The translations under genes and the position numbers were made by a program. Below the pieces are notes generated by a model. That model was not told where the DNA came from, ran no database searches, and saw only the letters and a program-made list of their open reading frames with translations. DNA of 63,840 nucleotides, filler included, from Phoronis australis (Eukaryota; Animalia; Phoronida): the NCBI GenBank assembly GCA_002633005.1. It is 9 parts of 9 records of this genome, joined end to end, with 100 filler letters (N's around TTAATTAATTAA, not from the genome) between each part and the next. Parts side by side here need not be neighbours in the genome. Positions count along the whole stretch, not along the records: positions 27,516 to 52,929 come from NMRA01000525.1; 8 more parts are not named here. One strand, written 5' to 3'. Shown here one piece after another: positions 36,800 through 49,928 of this stretch (position 1 is its first letter; every line of letters starts with the position of its first letter).

Positions 36800-37810
36800 A
36801 TAATACTCATTTCCAAACAAATCCAATGCTGGAATGATCACTCAATGGGGAAGTTATTCCCAATATGTTCACGCACAAACACCTTGGCTTGCTACTAGAC
36901 CATATGCTAACATTTACTCATCATTGTCGCGAACTCGTTCATAAAGTACAAAAATTAATCAATCCAATTAGACTTGTCTCTCGTCATCTCAACTCCACGG
37001 ATCTTGAAACTCTGTTCAAGTCTTCTGTACTTCCACATCTAGATTACTGTGACATAATCTACCAATCGGCAAACAATGGCATATTTCTTCAATTAGAAAT
37101 ACTACAATACCAAGCAGCTTTTAGCCATAACGCGAGCATATAAAGGGTCCTACACAATCAAGGTTCTAAATAGTCTCAACTAGCAAACACGTCGTAAACT
37201 CCACCTGTCCATGTTTACATTCAAAGTCTTAAACAACATAAACAATCATTCAAATAAAATCCTCTTTGACCCCTGCAAAAGACTTAACAAAAGACCAGTA
37301 CTGTGGCAAAGTAATATATACACTATTCCATTTTCCCTCAGCCAAACCTTCCGGAGATCTACGATATTAACTTGCTTTGACAACTGGAATTCCTTACCAT
37401 CCAAAAATAAAAGAAAACACTTCAACTGTCACTCTCAAAAATAACTTTAAACTGCCAGTCCCATTGACATCATTCCAACTTCCTCGCAACCATGAAATAG
37501 TCCTATACAGATCAAGATGCGGTCTTTTCCTAAGCAACGAGAAATTTAGACATAATTTTATTAATATTTCGTCTCTGTGTTCCTGTGGAGACACTCAGAC
37601 AAATATCCATGTTTTCTTTGCTTGTGAGGTATACAGGGAGCAGAGGGTACAGCTTTTCCAGACACTCGAGCAGTACCCCAATGTTTACAAAAAATATTCT
37701 GATATTCCTCAAATGTACAACAAAATTATTTTTTTCTGTATGGATGTCAAGAACTCAACCCAAATGAAAATAAAATTTATTCGAAATAGTATCAAAATTT
37801 CTTCATGATA
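36800..37810 (+). mobile_element. CR1/L2-group LINE 3' remnant (RT C-terminus and CCHC finger)
   Basis: HKHLGLLLD..LTF..H, KS.VLPHLDYCDIIY, WNSLP and C.CG...T..H.FF.C..Y, in shifted frames. Confidence 0.85.
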
Positions 37811-37838
37811 TTAAATCTCTTTGTGTGAGTGGATAGAA

Positions 37839-38958
37839 ATGTAATAATCTATTTATACCACATGCTGAACGAGAAACATTGCAATGAATCTATTTACCTT
37901 TCTCGACTCGCCTCGGCTTTGTAACTACTTTCTATGTCAGACGACAGGGGTCGGAGGTCGTGACCTTTTAAGAAAAGCCGAACTACTTTTGTCAAATAAT
38001 GCTTATACTCAAAACCAATTGAAAATTTAAACAAAATAGAAATAAATTAAGGTTTAGCAACTATTATAGCTTTTTAGACATTTTATCACGATAAGCTTCA
38101 ACCGGGAAAATATCGTCTGCTAAAGTAGGTTACCACTACTAACTGACTATAATGCTCAAGTCATACGATCCCGATGACACGACACCCGCATTCAAATTGG
38201 GAGATCGTATATTTACAAGTGAGAGAACACGAGAGAAAAATTTCACTGAATTAAAATACAATTATACCACAATATAAGCCCCGAATGGAAGATACAACCG
38301 TGTAATAAACCATAAAGTTATCTCACTGAGACAACATTTTGGCCGGAAACCAAGGCCGGATTCGAACCCGGGCCTCAAGAGTTTCGAGTCGCCGACTTTA
38401 CCACTACACCACTCAGCGGCTAGAATACTTAAATGAGCACGCGCAACAATCGCATGTTCAGCAAAAGGCATTGAACCGACATTTATACGCTATGAAAAAT
38501 AAGACGCATAATTTCCATAAAAACGATATTTTAATTCAGTGAAATTTTTCTCTCGTGGTCTCTCACTTGTAAATCACCGATCTCCAGTTTGAATGCGGGT
38601 ATCGTGTCGTCGGGATCCTTTGCCTTGAGCATTATAGTCAGTTACTAGTGGTAACCTACTTTAGCAGACGATATTTTCCCGGTCGAAGCCTATCGTGATA
38701 AAAAGTGTATTAAGCTATAATAGTTGCAAAACCTTAATTTATTGATTCACTTTATTTCTATTTTGTTATATTATTCAATTGGTTTAGAGTAAAAGCATTA
38801 TTTGACAAAAATAGCTCGGCTTTTCTTAAAAGCTCACGACCTCCTACCCCGGGCCTCTGACATAGAAAGTAGTTACAAAGCCGGGGCGAGTCGAGAAAGG
38901 CAGATCGATTCATTGCAATGTTTCTCGTTCAGTTTGTGGTATAAATAGATTATTACAT
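37839..38958. mobile_element. Large foldback element, ~420-bp inverted arms around a tRNA-like core
   Basis: 37839-38258 is the reverse complement of ~38528-38958 along its length. Confidence 0.85.
38340..38420 (-). other. tRNA-derived Pol III promoter-like sequence (not a functional tRNA)
   Basis: A box TGGTGTAGTGG (38411-38401) and B box GGTTCGAATCC (38368-38358) at tRNA spacing. No clean acceptor or anticodon stems. Confidence 0.65.
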
Positions 38959-40861
38959 GTTCTCAGTTGTTATCCTCCTTATCTAGAGCCCTCTTGGATT
39001 TTTTAGAATTATCACCAACGGGGCTAACGCCCCTCGGGCGATAATTCTCCAACGGGGGGATAACGATTTCGCCTATATTTATCCTATACGCCTGATTGTA
39101 TGGCCATGAAATACAGGTTTGATATGGAAGAACTTCTTTTCCATATTCAACGCGCGTTGAATATGGATTTTCCGTTATGAACGTGATTAAATATATAACC
39201 TCAGTTTGGGTTTAGCTCCGTGCGCAATATTTTCACATGCCAATATTATGATATGAGCTCTGAAAACTGAACAAAAATGAAATAGAAATATTGTTGACAA
39301 TGTTTCTTAATATAGCGTGAAATTTTGCACTTGAGCAGACCACTTCAATCCCAAAAAAATCTCGAACTTGCCACAATATATTTGGGTTTAGGAAAGCAAT
39401 ATACATTACCAATGCATGCCTCCTTGCACTACACTAGTTGAGGATCTTTACGGTCAAGCGTGAGTTCTCAAAACAATCAAAATACGTCGAGCCCAAAAGC
39501 AAAACTGCAACTTCTGTAAACACTGTATTTTTTGTCAATTTTACGATAAATTTCGGAATACTTTCTACCTAAAAATGATAAGAATCGAATAGTAATTATA
39601 TATATTTAGCAAACAGCGTCATCATTGGATAACAGCATATGCTGGTCAATAATTATCTTTTAAATTGATCTTATATGGTCTCAGTCACCAAGACTGATGT
39701 GGAAACAACTCATATAGGCTCTCCGCTTAAACTATGGTGGCAGAACATGTAAACCTACATGCACCACCACTAAACTCCATGGTCGAACCAAAAAATCTAT
39801 GACTCAATGGCAGGACCACAAAAATTAACTCTTTGGCTGCAGGCATAGCACTGCGAGCCCCCGCATTTTCTGACTGATGCCGTAGGGCTCCCAGTGTTTT
39901 CCGCCATTTTTGTCCCGTGTCGTAGCACTCTCCAATCTGGCGTCATAATGACAACGCGAGCTGCTTGTATCTGTGTGGCGCGCGCCCGGTCTATGTGAGG
40001 CCTAACTTTTTCATTCATAACAGCAGAACAAAACCACAGAAACCAAATATCATGTCTTCCCGTGCAATAAAGTAATATCCAAAAATGTCTTGTTGAAAAA
40101 CTCCTAGCATGTAGTTTGATAGGTTGTCGAAAGTGGGTCTAAGACTTGAGCTGAAAAGATATCAAAGGTGAGATTATTCCCGGCATTCAGCCAGGGCCAC
40201 AGGTCGGTGCGTGTAAATATTGATCAATGTAATTATCGGGTTTGTTAAATAATTTTGCCGAGAAATCGCGGGTTGTCCGACATCGTACCTCGAGAGTCTC
40301 GCTTGATGAACAAAAGTGACAAAATGAAAATGAAGCGATGAAATTAGGCTTAATTTGATAATTACAATACTCGATCAAAATTCAGTCTGCTAATTTCGGC
40401 TGTTGTGTCGTCACAATACACTAACCGGAAACTGAAAAAGATAATTTAGGAGCGTGGCGCCTCCTCCAGGATATAGTACACAAGAAAATGTCGGAGTTGC
40501 GAATCTGTTGTCAATAATCTATGGTTGCAATAACTAACCAGCATTAACACACCTGAATGCCTCAGTATACACACCTGTGTATACTCAATAATGCGACTTC
40601 ACTAAAATCAGGGTCCCGTATTTGACATTTCGTTTACAATTAAGTAAGGTAATTGCAATTGCTGAACAATGAAACAGAACAGGAATGTGATCGTAGGCCA
40701 ACATGTAGCATGTGCAAAGTGCAGACACATAGTTTACTTACTGTAATCCGTACGGACCACACATACCCCTAATCTCCAAGAAACGTACTAATAATGTGAC
40801 TTCGCTTATTCAGATGTTAGGAGGATATTTCATCCAATATCTTGCTATCCTTTATCCTTAA

Positions 40862-42555
40862 AGTCCTTCATGCAAACTGCCCATGTGGTTCCAGTATCCG
40901 AAAATACTTACTACATAAATTCTTATTTTCGACACCCTTTCTTTATATTCTTTTCGCCTTTCTTGCCAAAAGCGATCTTTTAACAGTATTTGACCCTTCT
41001 CTCTGAGCGTATGATTACCGGTTGTCATCGGTTATTTCCGTACCCACATTTCCGGCTCATCAGTTCAGGAACTTGTCCTGAACGCCGCCATTTTTTCCTT
41101 GTAACTGAATGTGCTATGGCTTGTTCGAAAAGTCTTCATTATTTTGTTTTATTAGTAATATATTGTGATTCGTTTGCATATGTAGTGTATTTATAGTTTG
41201 TAGTTAGTGGTCGTTGATTTTTTTTGGAATGTTACGCGTACTTAGTATGTTAAAATAGCACGGGTGTTTAATTCCTTACGTATAGGAGGGTCGAACCTAG
41301 GAACCAATATGGGTCGAACCAATTTTTTTTTCGGTTTTATTTTTTTCCTCGTTGTGAAAAAGTACTTTGCTATCATCGGAAAGGTAGTACATTCTACTCA
41401 GTAAAAATCAAAAAAGTATCAAAATCGGGGCAAGCACTGTAAAGTTATTGCAGGTTTTGTGGCGAAATTTGGGTCACTTTGTTTGGATCGCGTCGGCCAT
41501 ATTGGAGGACAGCGGGTTGAGTTACGAGTTTAAAACTTTGTGTAAATTGTTTTCGCCAACAAATTACGGTGAAATTTAGTTAGACATGTCTTTACTTACT
41601 ATTCTGCACGATTTAGCAATGTTCACCAAATTTCAGCCTCGCAGTTGTACTCATTAAGTGATAAATGTGCTCACAATTCCCGTTGGACTTCGTCTCATTT
41701 CTGGCGGCACCTACAATTTCGACTTTTGCTGAACTGAAAGGCATGTTCAATCGGCTACTTTGTAATTTGTGAAGATTTAACGTTGATACATTTTGACAAA
41801 CCGTTTGCTACAAAAAAGAAACTTTGTTCAATTTTCGTGTTTTTTGTGTTTGTGGCCAGCGACCAGTTAGGCCTAAGGGTAGTCTTGGCGCAAAGCTGTA
41901 TAGGCTTACTAAGAAGCTGTATTTTGACTATAGTCTTCACTGGTAGCTGGTGACTGAAACTAACTAAGGTCTGCCGCGGCAGTGTGACACAGGACTAACC
42001 AGCCCGCGACCCGTAATTTCATGCAAGTGTCTGAAACTACCCTTGAATATATGCAGCATTTATCATTTGACCATTTTACTTCGACAAAACATCTTGCAAC
42101 TGAACCGCATGCATTTACCGTTCGCCAGTGTCTGGTCTCGATCCGCACCGGGTCCGATAGGCTGCGGACCCGAGTCTGGCAAAATAATTTCTGTCAAAAT
42201 TTATTCGCCACATTTCTTCAGCAAATTCGATAAAATTGTCCGTAGTTTGATTTTATTAAAATTAAGCCGCGCTGTCGATTATTTCATCACCGTTTGCTGG
42301 CTGGTAACAGTACAGGCACTGCTCCAGTCGCACTGACGGCGTTTTCTCGGCCTGGGTTCCTGAATGAATTGTACTTCCGGGTTCGCGGCAAGTTCAAAAT
42401 GGCGGTGTTTCTTCGGGTGCGAATCGTGAGTGGCGCGTTCATTTAAACTGTTTTCGAGTACGAATCGTGTATTAGTTATGGGGTAGGTACTTCTTGGATC
42501 CTAATAACATCTTCTAACCATGTAATAAGGGTTAACAACGCGTGAGAGAAGGACT
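40862..42555. mobile_element. Non-autonomous Kolobok-type element, copy 1
   Basis: TTAA|AGTCCTTC...GAAGGACT|TTAA. TTAA TSD with AG/CT termini. Confidence 0.8.
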
Positions 42556-43312
42556 TTAACACTATTTAAAAATTAGTGATCCTGATACAGTGGCTTATCT
42601 ACGTTTTCAGTAAGGGGGGGTTAGGATTCGAGCGAATCCGAGGCGCTTAGCGCTGAGCGGAAGGAAGGTTGGGAGGGGGTTTCCGGTCCCCCCCTCCCGT
42701 GTAAGATTTGTTGTGGTTTTCAGTGGCTGATTTCGTTTTTCTGGCGAAATTTTTTTCAATTTTTATTTTTGATCCTGTCCCGAGGGGGGGGGTTGAAACC
42801 CCAGAACCTCCCCTGTAGATCTGCCTCTGTGATACATGCCGCAACAGTGTGGGTTACCGTAGACAAGCGACATTGGAACATATTTCATGTTACTAAAGAA
42901 ACTGAACTCTGGAAAATAATAATATTCATGTAAAAGAAACAATGTTATTTTTAACACCTGTTACATATTTGTCAACTTTCGAGAATGCAAAAACGGGAAT
43001 ACTGAATTTAAAAACGGGTCTTCCGGGTAAAAAGCAGGACTTGTGGGTCTATGCCAAAACAAAAGGGTGAGATGTTCGCCGCAACACACAAAAACGTCCC
43101 GACAACGTTTTTTGTCGAATCGGAAACGTAAAACCCAAAATCACCCAACGGTGTTTTTTTAAGTAGAAAGAGAAATTGCGGATGCGTCAAAAACCCAGGG
43201 AACGTCCTGGGTTTTTTTTTTCCTTTCTGGTCGAACGGGAAAATAGAGTTATGTGGCGTGGGTTATTACAATAGCATACATTTACATATAAACACACACG
43301 CACACACATATG

Positions 43313-43318
<6 letters not shown>

Positions 43319-43368
<50 letters not shown>
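43319..43368 (+). repeat. (CA)n microsatellite
   Basis: Direct observation. Confidence 0.98.
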
Positions 43369-43371
<3 letters not shown>

Positions 43372-45200
43372 TATCCCACATCCCACATACATAAGAATAC
43401 TACTGTCATATCCTATCGAGATTTCATTTCATCTGGGAATGTCAAAACGAGACCGAAGGTCGAGTTGTTGTTATATGACGCCATATGTATGCCAAGCACT
43501 GTACTCAAGCCGGTTAAGTGATGAGACAATGTGAAAGTTTTGAATAATCAGTAAATTTTATTTCATAATAAATCGATCCGAATTTTCAGTTTGTAAAATA
43601 TACAACTTAAAGCACTGAGCCATTCAGTAATATCAAAACTTTGTCGGAAATTTAGAAACAATTCATCCGGCAATATAGAATTTGAAACATTCCCTGAACC
43701 GAGTTGTGCATCAGTGTGTCGTTTTAGCTTCTATCAATGTCTTAGTTTTCTTGGTCTATTTTCGTGTCTTTGCGTCTGGACTGTAAATAGTAATAGACAC
43801 ATTTCCCCGTGTTGATCACAGCATTGGAAAATAACGATGGAAACTGTGCTGATTTGCTGAACTTTAAGAAAATTTTACGCTACGGCCGGCAGCGACGGAG
43901 AGTTGAACCATAGACTATAATAATCTATGGTTGAACGCAGCGAGCAGACGATTGGTTCCGTAGTAAAAAAAAAAACATACTCATTATTATAGCTCTTAAT
44001 TTCCAGTAAAGACCTAGTTAGCTCTCAGTGTAGATATACCGTATGCATCCATAACGAAACCATCGAAAGAGCAATAAAACTCAGAGTAGTTCTGACTATA
44101 CACAGTAGGAGTTGACAAAATACATTGGTTGCAGTACACGAGATAGGGGAATAACGCTACTCTTATCAAGATAAAATTCTACGAGTACCCGCGTCTTGGG
44201 AATTGACAGATGGAGATTCAAATTTAATTATAAGCGCCACAAGGATTTTCAGTCTGTGTACGTCTTGTTCAAAATTACGCTCGTTTTATTCAATTTTTAT
44301 CGTGTATTCAACGAAGCATGTTGATTTTGCATATTAATTGTAGTTAGTTGCAATAACTCACCAGCACTAACAAGACGTGAATGCCTAAGTACACACACGT
44401 GTGCATGCTTAGTTCAAAAATTGATGAAGGACGCTCAGTAATGCGACATCACTTATTGAGACTTTGGTAATTAAAATCGGGGTCCCGTATTTGACATTTT
44501 CCTGTAAAATTAAGTATCGTAATTGCAATTACTGATAAGTAAAACAAAAAATGAAAACTGCAGACATATAAGTCTACTTACTATAATCTGTACTGACTAT
44601 ATATATATATCCCTAATCACGAAGAAACGTAATATTGTGACCGCTTATTCAGATTTCGGGAGGACATTTTATCCAATATGTTGCGATACTTTATCCTTAA
44701 CCACATTTGATTTCAGAGAAAATCAAAAGTTTTTGATTTAGCATTCCTCATCCTTTAACAATTCGTCCGTCAGGAGAAGTGGATTTTCCATATTTCAATC
44801 TATTTTACCTTTGACTCGTCTCAGTTGACCTTTAGTTTGACCCTGAGTTCATTAACAATACCCGAAATAGACTATACATATACGTATACATTGTATGTCC
44901 CACAAAACATTAAAAACGATAAATTTGCTGCATCTAATAAGCCATCGTGTACGGAAAATGGAAATTGGGCGAAATTCAAGATGGCGGAATCTGCCATCGT
45001 TACAAAATGTTCAACAAAGTGCAACCAAGTTAATTTCGTCCCCCTAAACAAAGCTTTACAGTAAATAACATTGCAGGGTCAACTTTTTGGCAACTAGACC
45101 AAATTTAGTCGGTAAACCAACCGTTAAAAGGATAACAAACCCGGCTTGGCCTATTAGCATATACTAAATACAAAACGACTTTCCCATCCAATTCTCTTAA

Positions 45201-47777
45201 AGTCCTTCTCTCACGCGTTGTTAACCCTTATTACATGGTTAGAGGATGTTATAAGGATCCAAGAAGTACCTACCCCATAACTAATACACGATCCGTACTC
45301 GAAAAAAGTTTAAATGAACGCGCCACTCACGATTCGCACCCGAAGAACCACCGCCATTTTGAACTTGCCGCGAACCCGGAAGTACAATTCATTCAGGAAC
45401 CCAGGCCGAGAAAACGCCGTCAGTGCGACTGGAGCAGTGCCTGTACTGTTACCAGCCAGCAAACGGGGATAAAATAATCGACAACGCGCCTTAATTTTAA
45501 TAAAAACAAACTACGGACAATTTTATCGAATTTGCTGAAGAAATGTGGCGAATAAATTTTGACAGAAATTATTTTGCCAGACTCGGGACCGCAGCCTGTC
45601 GGACCCGGTGCGGATCGAGACCAAACACTGGCGAACGGTAAATGCATGCGGTTGCAAGCTGTTTTGTCGAAGTAAAATGGTCAAATCATAAATGCTGCAT
45701 ATATTCAAGGGTAGTTTCAGACACTTGCATGAAATTACGGGCCGCGGGCTGGTTAGTCCTGTGTCACACTGCCGCGGCAGACCTTAGTTAGGCCTCAGTC
45801 ACCAGCTACCAGTGAAGACTATCGTCAAAATACAGCTTGTTAGTAGGCCTATACAGCTTTGCGCCAAGGCTACCCTTAGGCCTAACTGGTCGCTGGCCAC
45901 AGCGCTCGCTCAAGCGAGGTTTATTTAGAACTTGGGTACTTCTGGCGAACTGTGCAAAGTTGTTGGCTTTCAATAGAGACTTTCCCAGACTTTGTATGAG
46001 CGCACCAAGCCTAAAAGAATGGGGGGGCTGGAATTTTTGGGAATGTCTATCTTCTACTATAAGATTCAGTGGGTATGTTCACAGCCATAAATTGCAGACT
46101 CTAAATTTTGATACTTCCTGTCTTCTAGTGGAATATTGTGCTCATTTTCTACTTTTTTCGGAATTCGTGCTTCTGTGACTGACGGAGGCAGACATTTTTT
46201 CCAGTTCTCCAAAAAGGGGGCTCGTTCGAGCACATAAGTATGACAAGTCCAATACAACATGTTATCATTTTTTATTCATTAATTAAACCCAAAATGATTC
46301 AAACTTTTAACATAATAAGTAACTTAAAATGCACAATACTTTACAACATTTAGAATTACAAACACTATTCAACAGCAACAGTTTCCATGATATGAAAGTG
46401 GACATACATGTAACTATTACCATGGTGACGGAATAGTGTTTCCTTACACCAGAATTTGACAAGTATCATTTAAAAAAATATGAAGTTGCAAGGAACAAGA
46501 ATTAGAGGCTTGAAGCTTCACAATCCAACATAGCTTATTTCTCAAATTAAGATTATTCATATTGTTGACTTAATAACCTTAATTAAGAAGCAATAAGTTA
46601 CAAAACTTGACCTGAAAGCAATTGAGACTTAAAATTTAGAAAAATATGAATCATTTTGTGACACCGAATCAAGTCTTGAACAGCAGTTGACAGTCAAACA
46701 AAAAACCATTTCAAAATTATTTCAACTATTTTTTTAGCTTAGTGTAAGATCACCTGAATGGGAAATTTACAGTAAAATAATTCGAATACATCTTATATTT
46801 TTGCACAAAAAAACACGAAAATTTCTTTTTTGTAGCAACGTTTGTCAAAATGTATCAACGTTAAATCTTCACAAATTACAAAGTAGCCGATTGAACATGC
46901 CTTTGAGTTCAGTCGCCATGTTGTCGGTGCCGCCAGAAATGATCGAGACGAAGTCCAACGGGAATTGTGAGCACATTTATCACTTAATGAGTAACAACTG
47001 CGAGGCTGAAATTTGGTGAACACTGTTAAATCGTGCATAATAGTAAGTAAAGATATTTCTAACTAAATTTCAACGTAATTTGTTGGCGAAAACAATTTAC
47101 ACTAAGTTTTAAACTCGTAACTTATCCCGCTGTCCTCCAATATGGCCGACGCGATCCAAACAAAGTGACCCAAATTTCGCCACAAAACTTGCAATAAATT
47201 TACACTGCTTGCCCCGATTTTGAAACTTTTTCGATTTTTACTGAGTAGAATGCACTACCTTTCCGATGATAGCAAAGAACTTTTCAAAACGAGAAAAAAA
47301 TATAACCAAAAAAAATAGGTTCGACCCACATTGGTTCCTAGGTTCGACCGGCCTACGTAAGGAACTAAACACCAATGCTATTTTAACATACTATGTACGC
47401 GTAACACATTCCAAAAAACATCAACGACCACTAACTACAAACTATAAATACACTACATATGCAAACGAATCACGAGATATTACTAACAAAACAAAATAAT
47501 GAAGACTTTTCGAGCAAGCGATAGCACATTCAGTTACAAGGAAATAATGGCTGCTTTCAGGACAAGTTCCTGAACTCATGAGCCGGAAATGTGGGTACGG
47601 AAATAACCGATGACAACCGGTAATCATACGCTCAGAGAGAAGGGTCAAATACTGTTCAAAATTTCGCTTTTGGCAAGAAAGGTGAAAAGAATATAAAGAA
47701 AGGGTGTCGAAAATAAGATTTTGTGTAGTAAGTATTTTCGGATACTGGAACCACATGGGCAGTTTGAGAGAAGGACT
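45201..47777. mobile_element. Kolobok-type element, copy 2 (inverted relative to copy 1, ~0.9 kb longer)
   Basis: TTAA|AGTCCTTCTCTCA...TGAGAGAAGGACT|TTAA. Both arms are reverse complements of copy 1, with an extra segment at ~45900-46800. Confidence 0.82.
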
Positions 47778-49339
47778 TTAAACAAAATAATGCTCTATAA
47801 AACCTCGACAACCCTAAAAACTTTGGAGGAAAATTTGACAACACTTTTCAAAGTCTGCCAAACGGTCAAGCGTGACCTACGCTTCCAGAGAATTACTCGG
47901 CAACTGTGAGAAAAGACCAAGGGCCATAATGTTCATTTGTGAGAGGGGGTATGAGATTTTATTTGGTTCCTGCTTTTATATTTCACGATTGACACCAATG
48001 ATGCATCAGTTATCAGGTGACAGTGTCAGGATTGGTTGAAATCATCCAAACGGTTTAGTATCATTTTAACAGGATCAAACCGAGATTGCAAGTTATTACA
48101 TTGAAAGTGTACAATAAGTCATACATATCACACTCGAATTGCATCAAATATATTAGAATGCAGAAGCCGAAATTGCGATTGCGTGAACATATTTATCTAC
48201 AGAAATAATACGGCGAATATAACTGCACGGAAATCAAGCCCTTCAGAATTTCTTCACTCGAAGATTCGTCGGACTTTTTACTATTCGCTGGTCACTCCGC
48301 CATTTGAATTTTTGTGAACTTGTAGACTGAAGCATTCACTCTGCTCCTTGACTGGCATTTGGGTCGCTGTTAATAAAATGTATAACATGTCATGGGGTCA
48401 AAATGTAAGGTAGCCAGTTAGCTAGCTGTATGAAGACCATTACGGCGTTTTCCCGTTACTCCCAACAAGTTGGGAAGATCACCCCTGTAGCCAATATCTT
48501 ACACGACTGATTAACTCCATTCTGGTATTTGTGGTTGGAGGTCCGATAATGACTCTAATCTCCGATCAGATCGTATCTAGCCTGACTGGGCTGTGCTGCT
48601 AAAAATGAAGTTAAGTTATAACATATTTGAACATAAACCAATAGCACTTCTGAATTCCTTGTCAAATGCTGATCATGTTTAGTTTTTGAATCACTAAAAT
48701 CGCCCAACTACAACAGAAGTTAAGACAATCCATTCTGCCAGGTTTCAGTAGGCCTAACCCTAGCTTTGAAAGCAGTGGGAGATATGCTAAGCAGTTAACA
48801 AAGGAGCCAGATGTTATCGCACGTTCAGAACCCCTCACGTCTGGAAAAGTTGCTGAACGACAGAACGCCATCATGCTTTCGTCAAAATATGTATGTCTAT
48901 TTATGTAAAGCCTTGTACCAAGGCTAAATTTGAGGTTACATGATAGCAGACGATTTCATTTCTTGTTGTTAGAGGAAGGTAAAAACAGGCGAAATATAAC
49001 CCGTAAGACAAATTTGTCACTGGAATTTATTTATTATTCGCTTGTCACTCAGCCATTTTCATTTTACCTATGGCGATGTGCTCTTGAACTTAAACATTCA
49101 CTTAGCTTCTTGATGTCATTAAGTAAAAACTTTGGGTAGAAGATGGCAGACAATTTGATTCGTCGTTGTTAAAGAAAGGTAACAAGAGGCAAAATATAAC
49201 CGATAAGACCGTTAATAGTACTCTAAATTTGGCAAGTCCTAGAACAATAATCAAGTATTTTTATCTCATTCTTTTGATTTGTGTCCGTTTCACAACTTTA
49301 TAAAAAACGTTTGGATGGCCCTTCGAAGCTCTGTTATAG

Positions 49340-49928
49340 CATGACATTTTAATTGAATGTCTCCATACATGTGAGGATAAGAAAGGAAAGGCTGTGAAGC
49401 GAACCCTGCCGGGGCGCCATCTACCTCCATCATACATCGCAACGTCTTAGGCCTATAGTCCAATGGTTGAAAACATGTAATAGTCATATAAGCTTCTTCG
49501 AATTGAGTCGTTTCTCCAGCTATAAAGTTTGGTAGTAACGACGAAATATGAACTGTACACCAAACGGTAGCACAGTTCCTCGAGAAACACCATGTTTCAG
49601 GAATTTGAAACTTATCTTTTCGTACAACCGCCTCGCACGGTCGTTTGTAGCCAAAACTGCAAGACACATTCCTGTAAATCCTTTCTGATTGGTACATTCG
49701 AGAGCTTTTGTCATTAAACGTTGAGCAATTCTTCGCCTCCGAAATTCTTTCAAGATGCCAATGCACACAAGTTTTGACCATCCGGGCATATCTCTGTGTT
49801 TCCCCAAAACAGCAAATCCAACAATACTTTCCCCGCTGAGGGCTATCCAACTTTCCGTGTAGTCGCTATTTAGCGTGTTTAACTGATCATTCCACGTTTT
49901 GCTGACATAACGAAAACCAATATATGAA
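49340..49928 (-). pseudogene. 5'-truncated duplicate of the GNAT gene (3' two-thirds of the CDS plus 3' flank)
   Basis: SYIGFRYVSKTWN.QLN.LNSDYTESWIALSGESIVGFAV is nearly identical to 31060-31761. Homology stops abruptly at ~49928, and a +1 frameshift lies near the C-terminus. Confidence 0.8.

Noticed and set aside
38340-38420. Functional tRNA gene
   Set aside because: A and B boxes are present, but I cannot fold a proper acceptor or anticodon stem.
43187-43534. ORFs with CV/HT dipeptide runs
   Set aside because: Translations of the (CA)n microsatellite.
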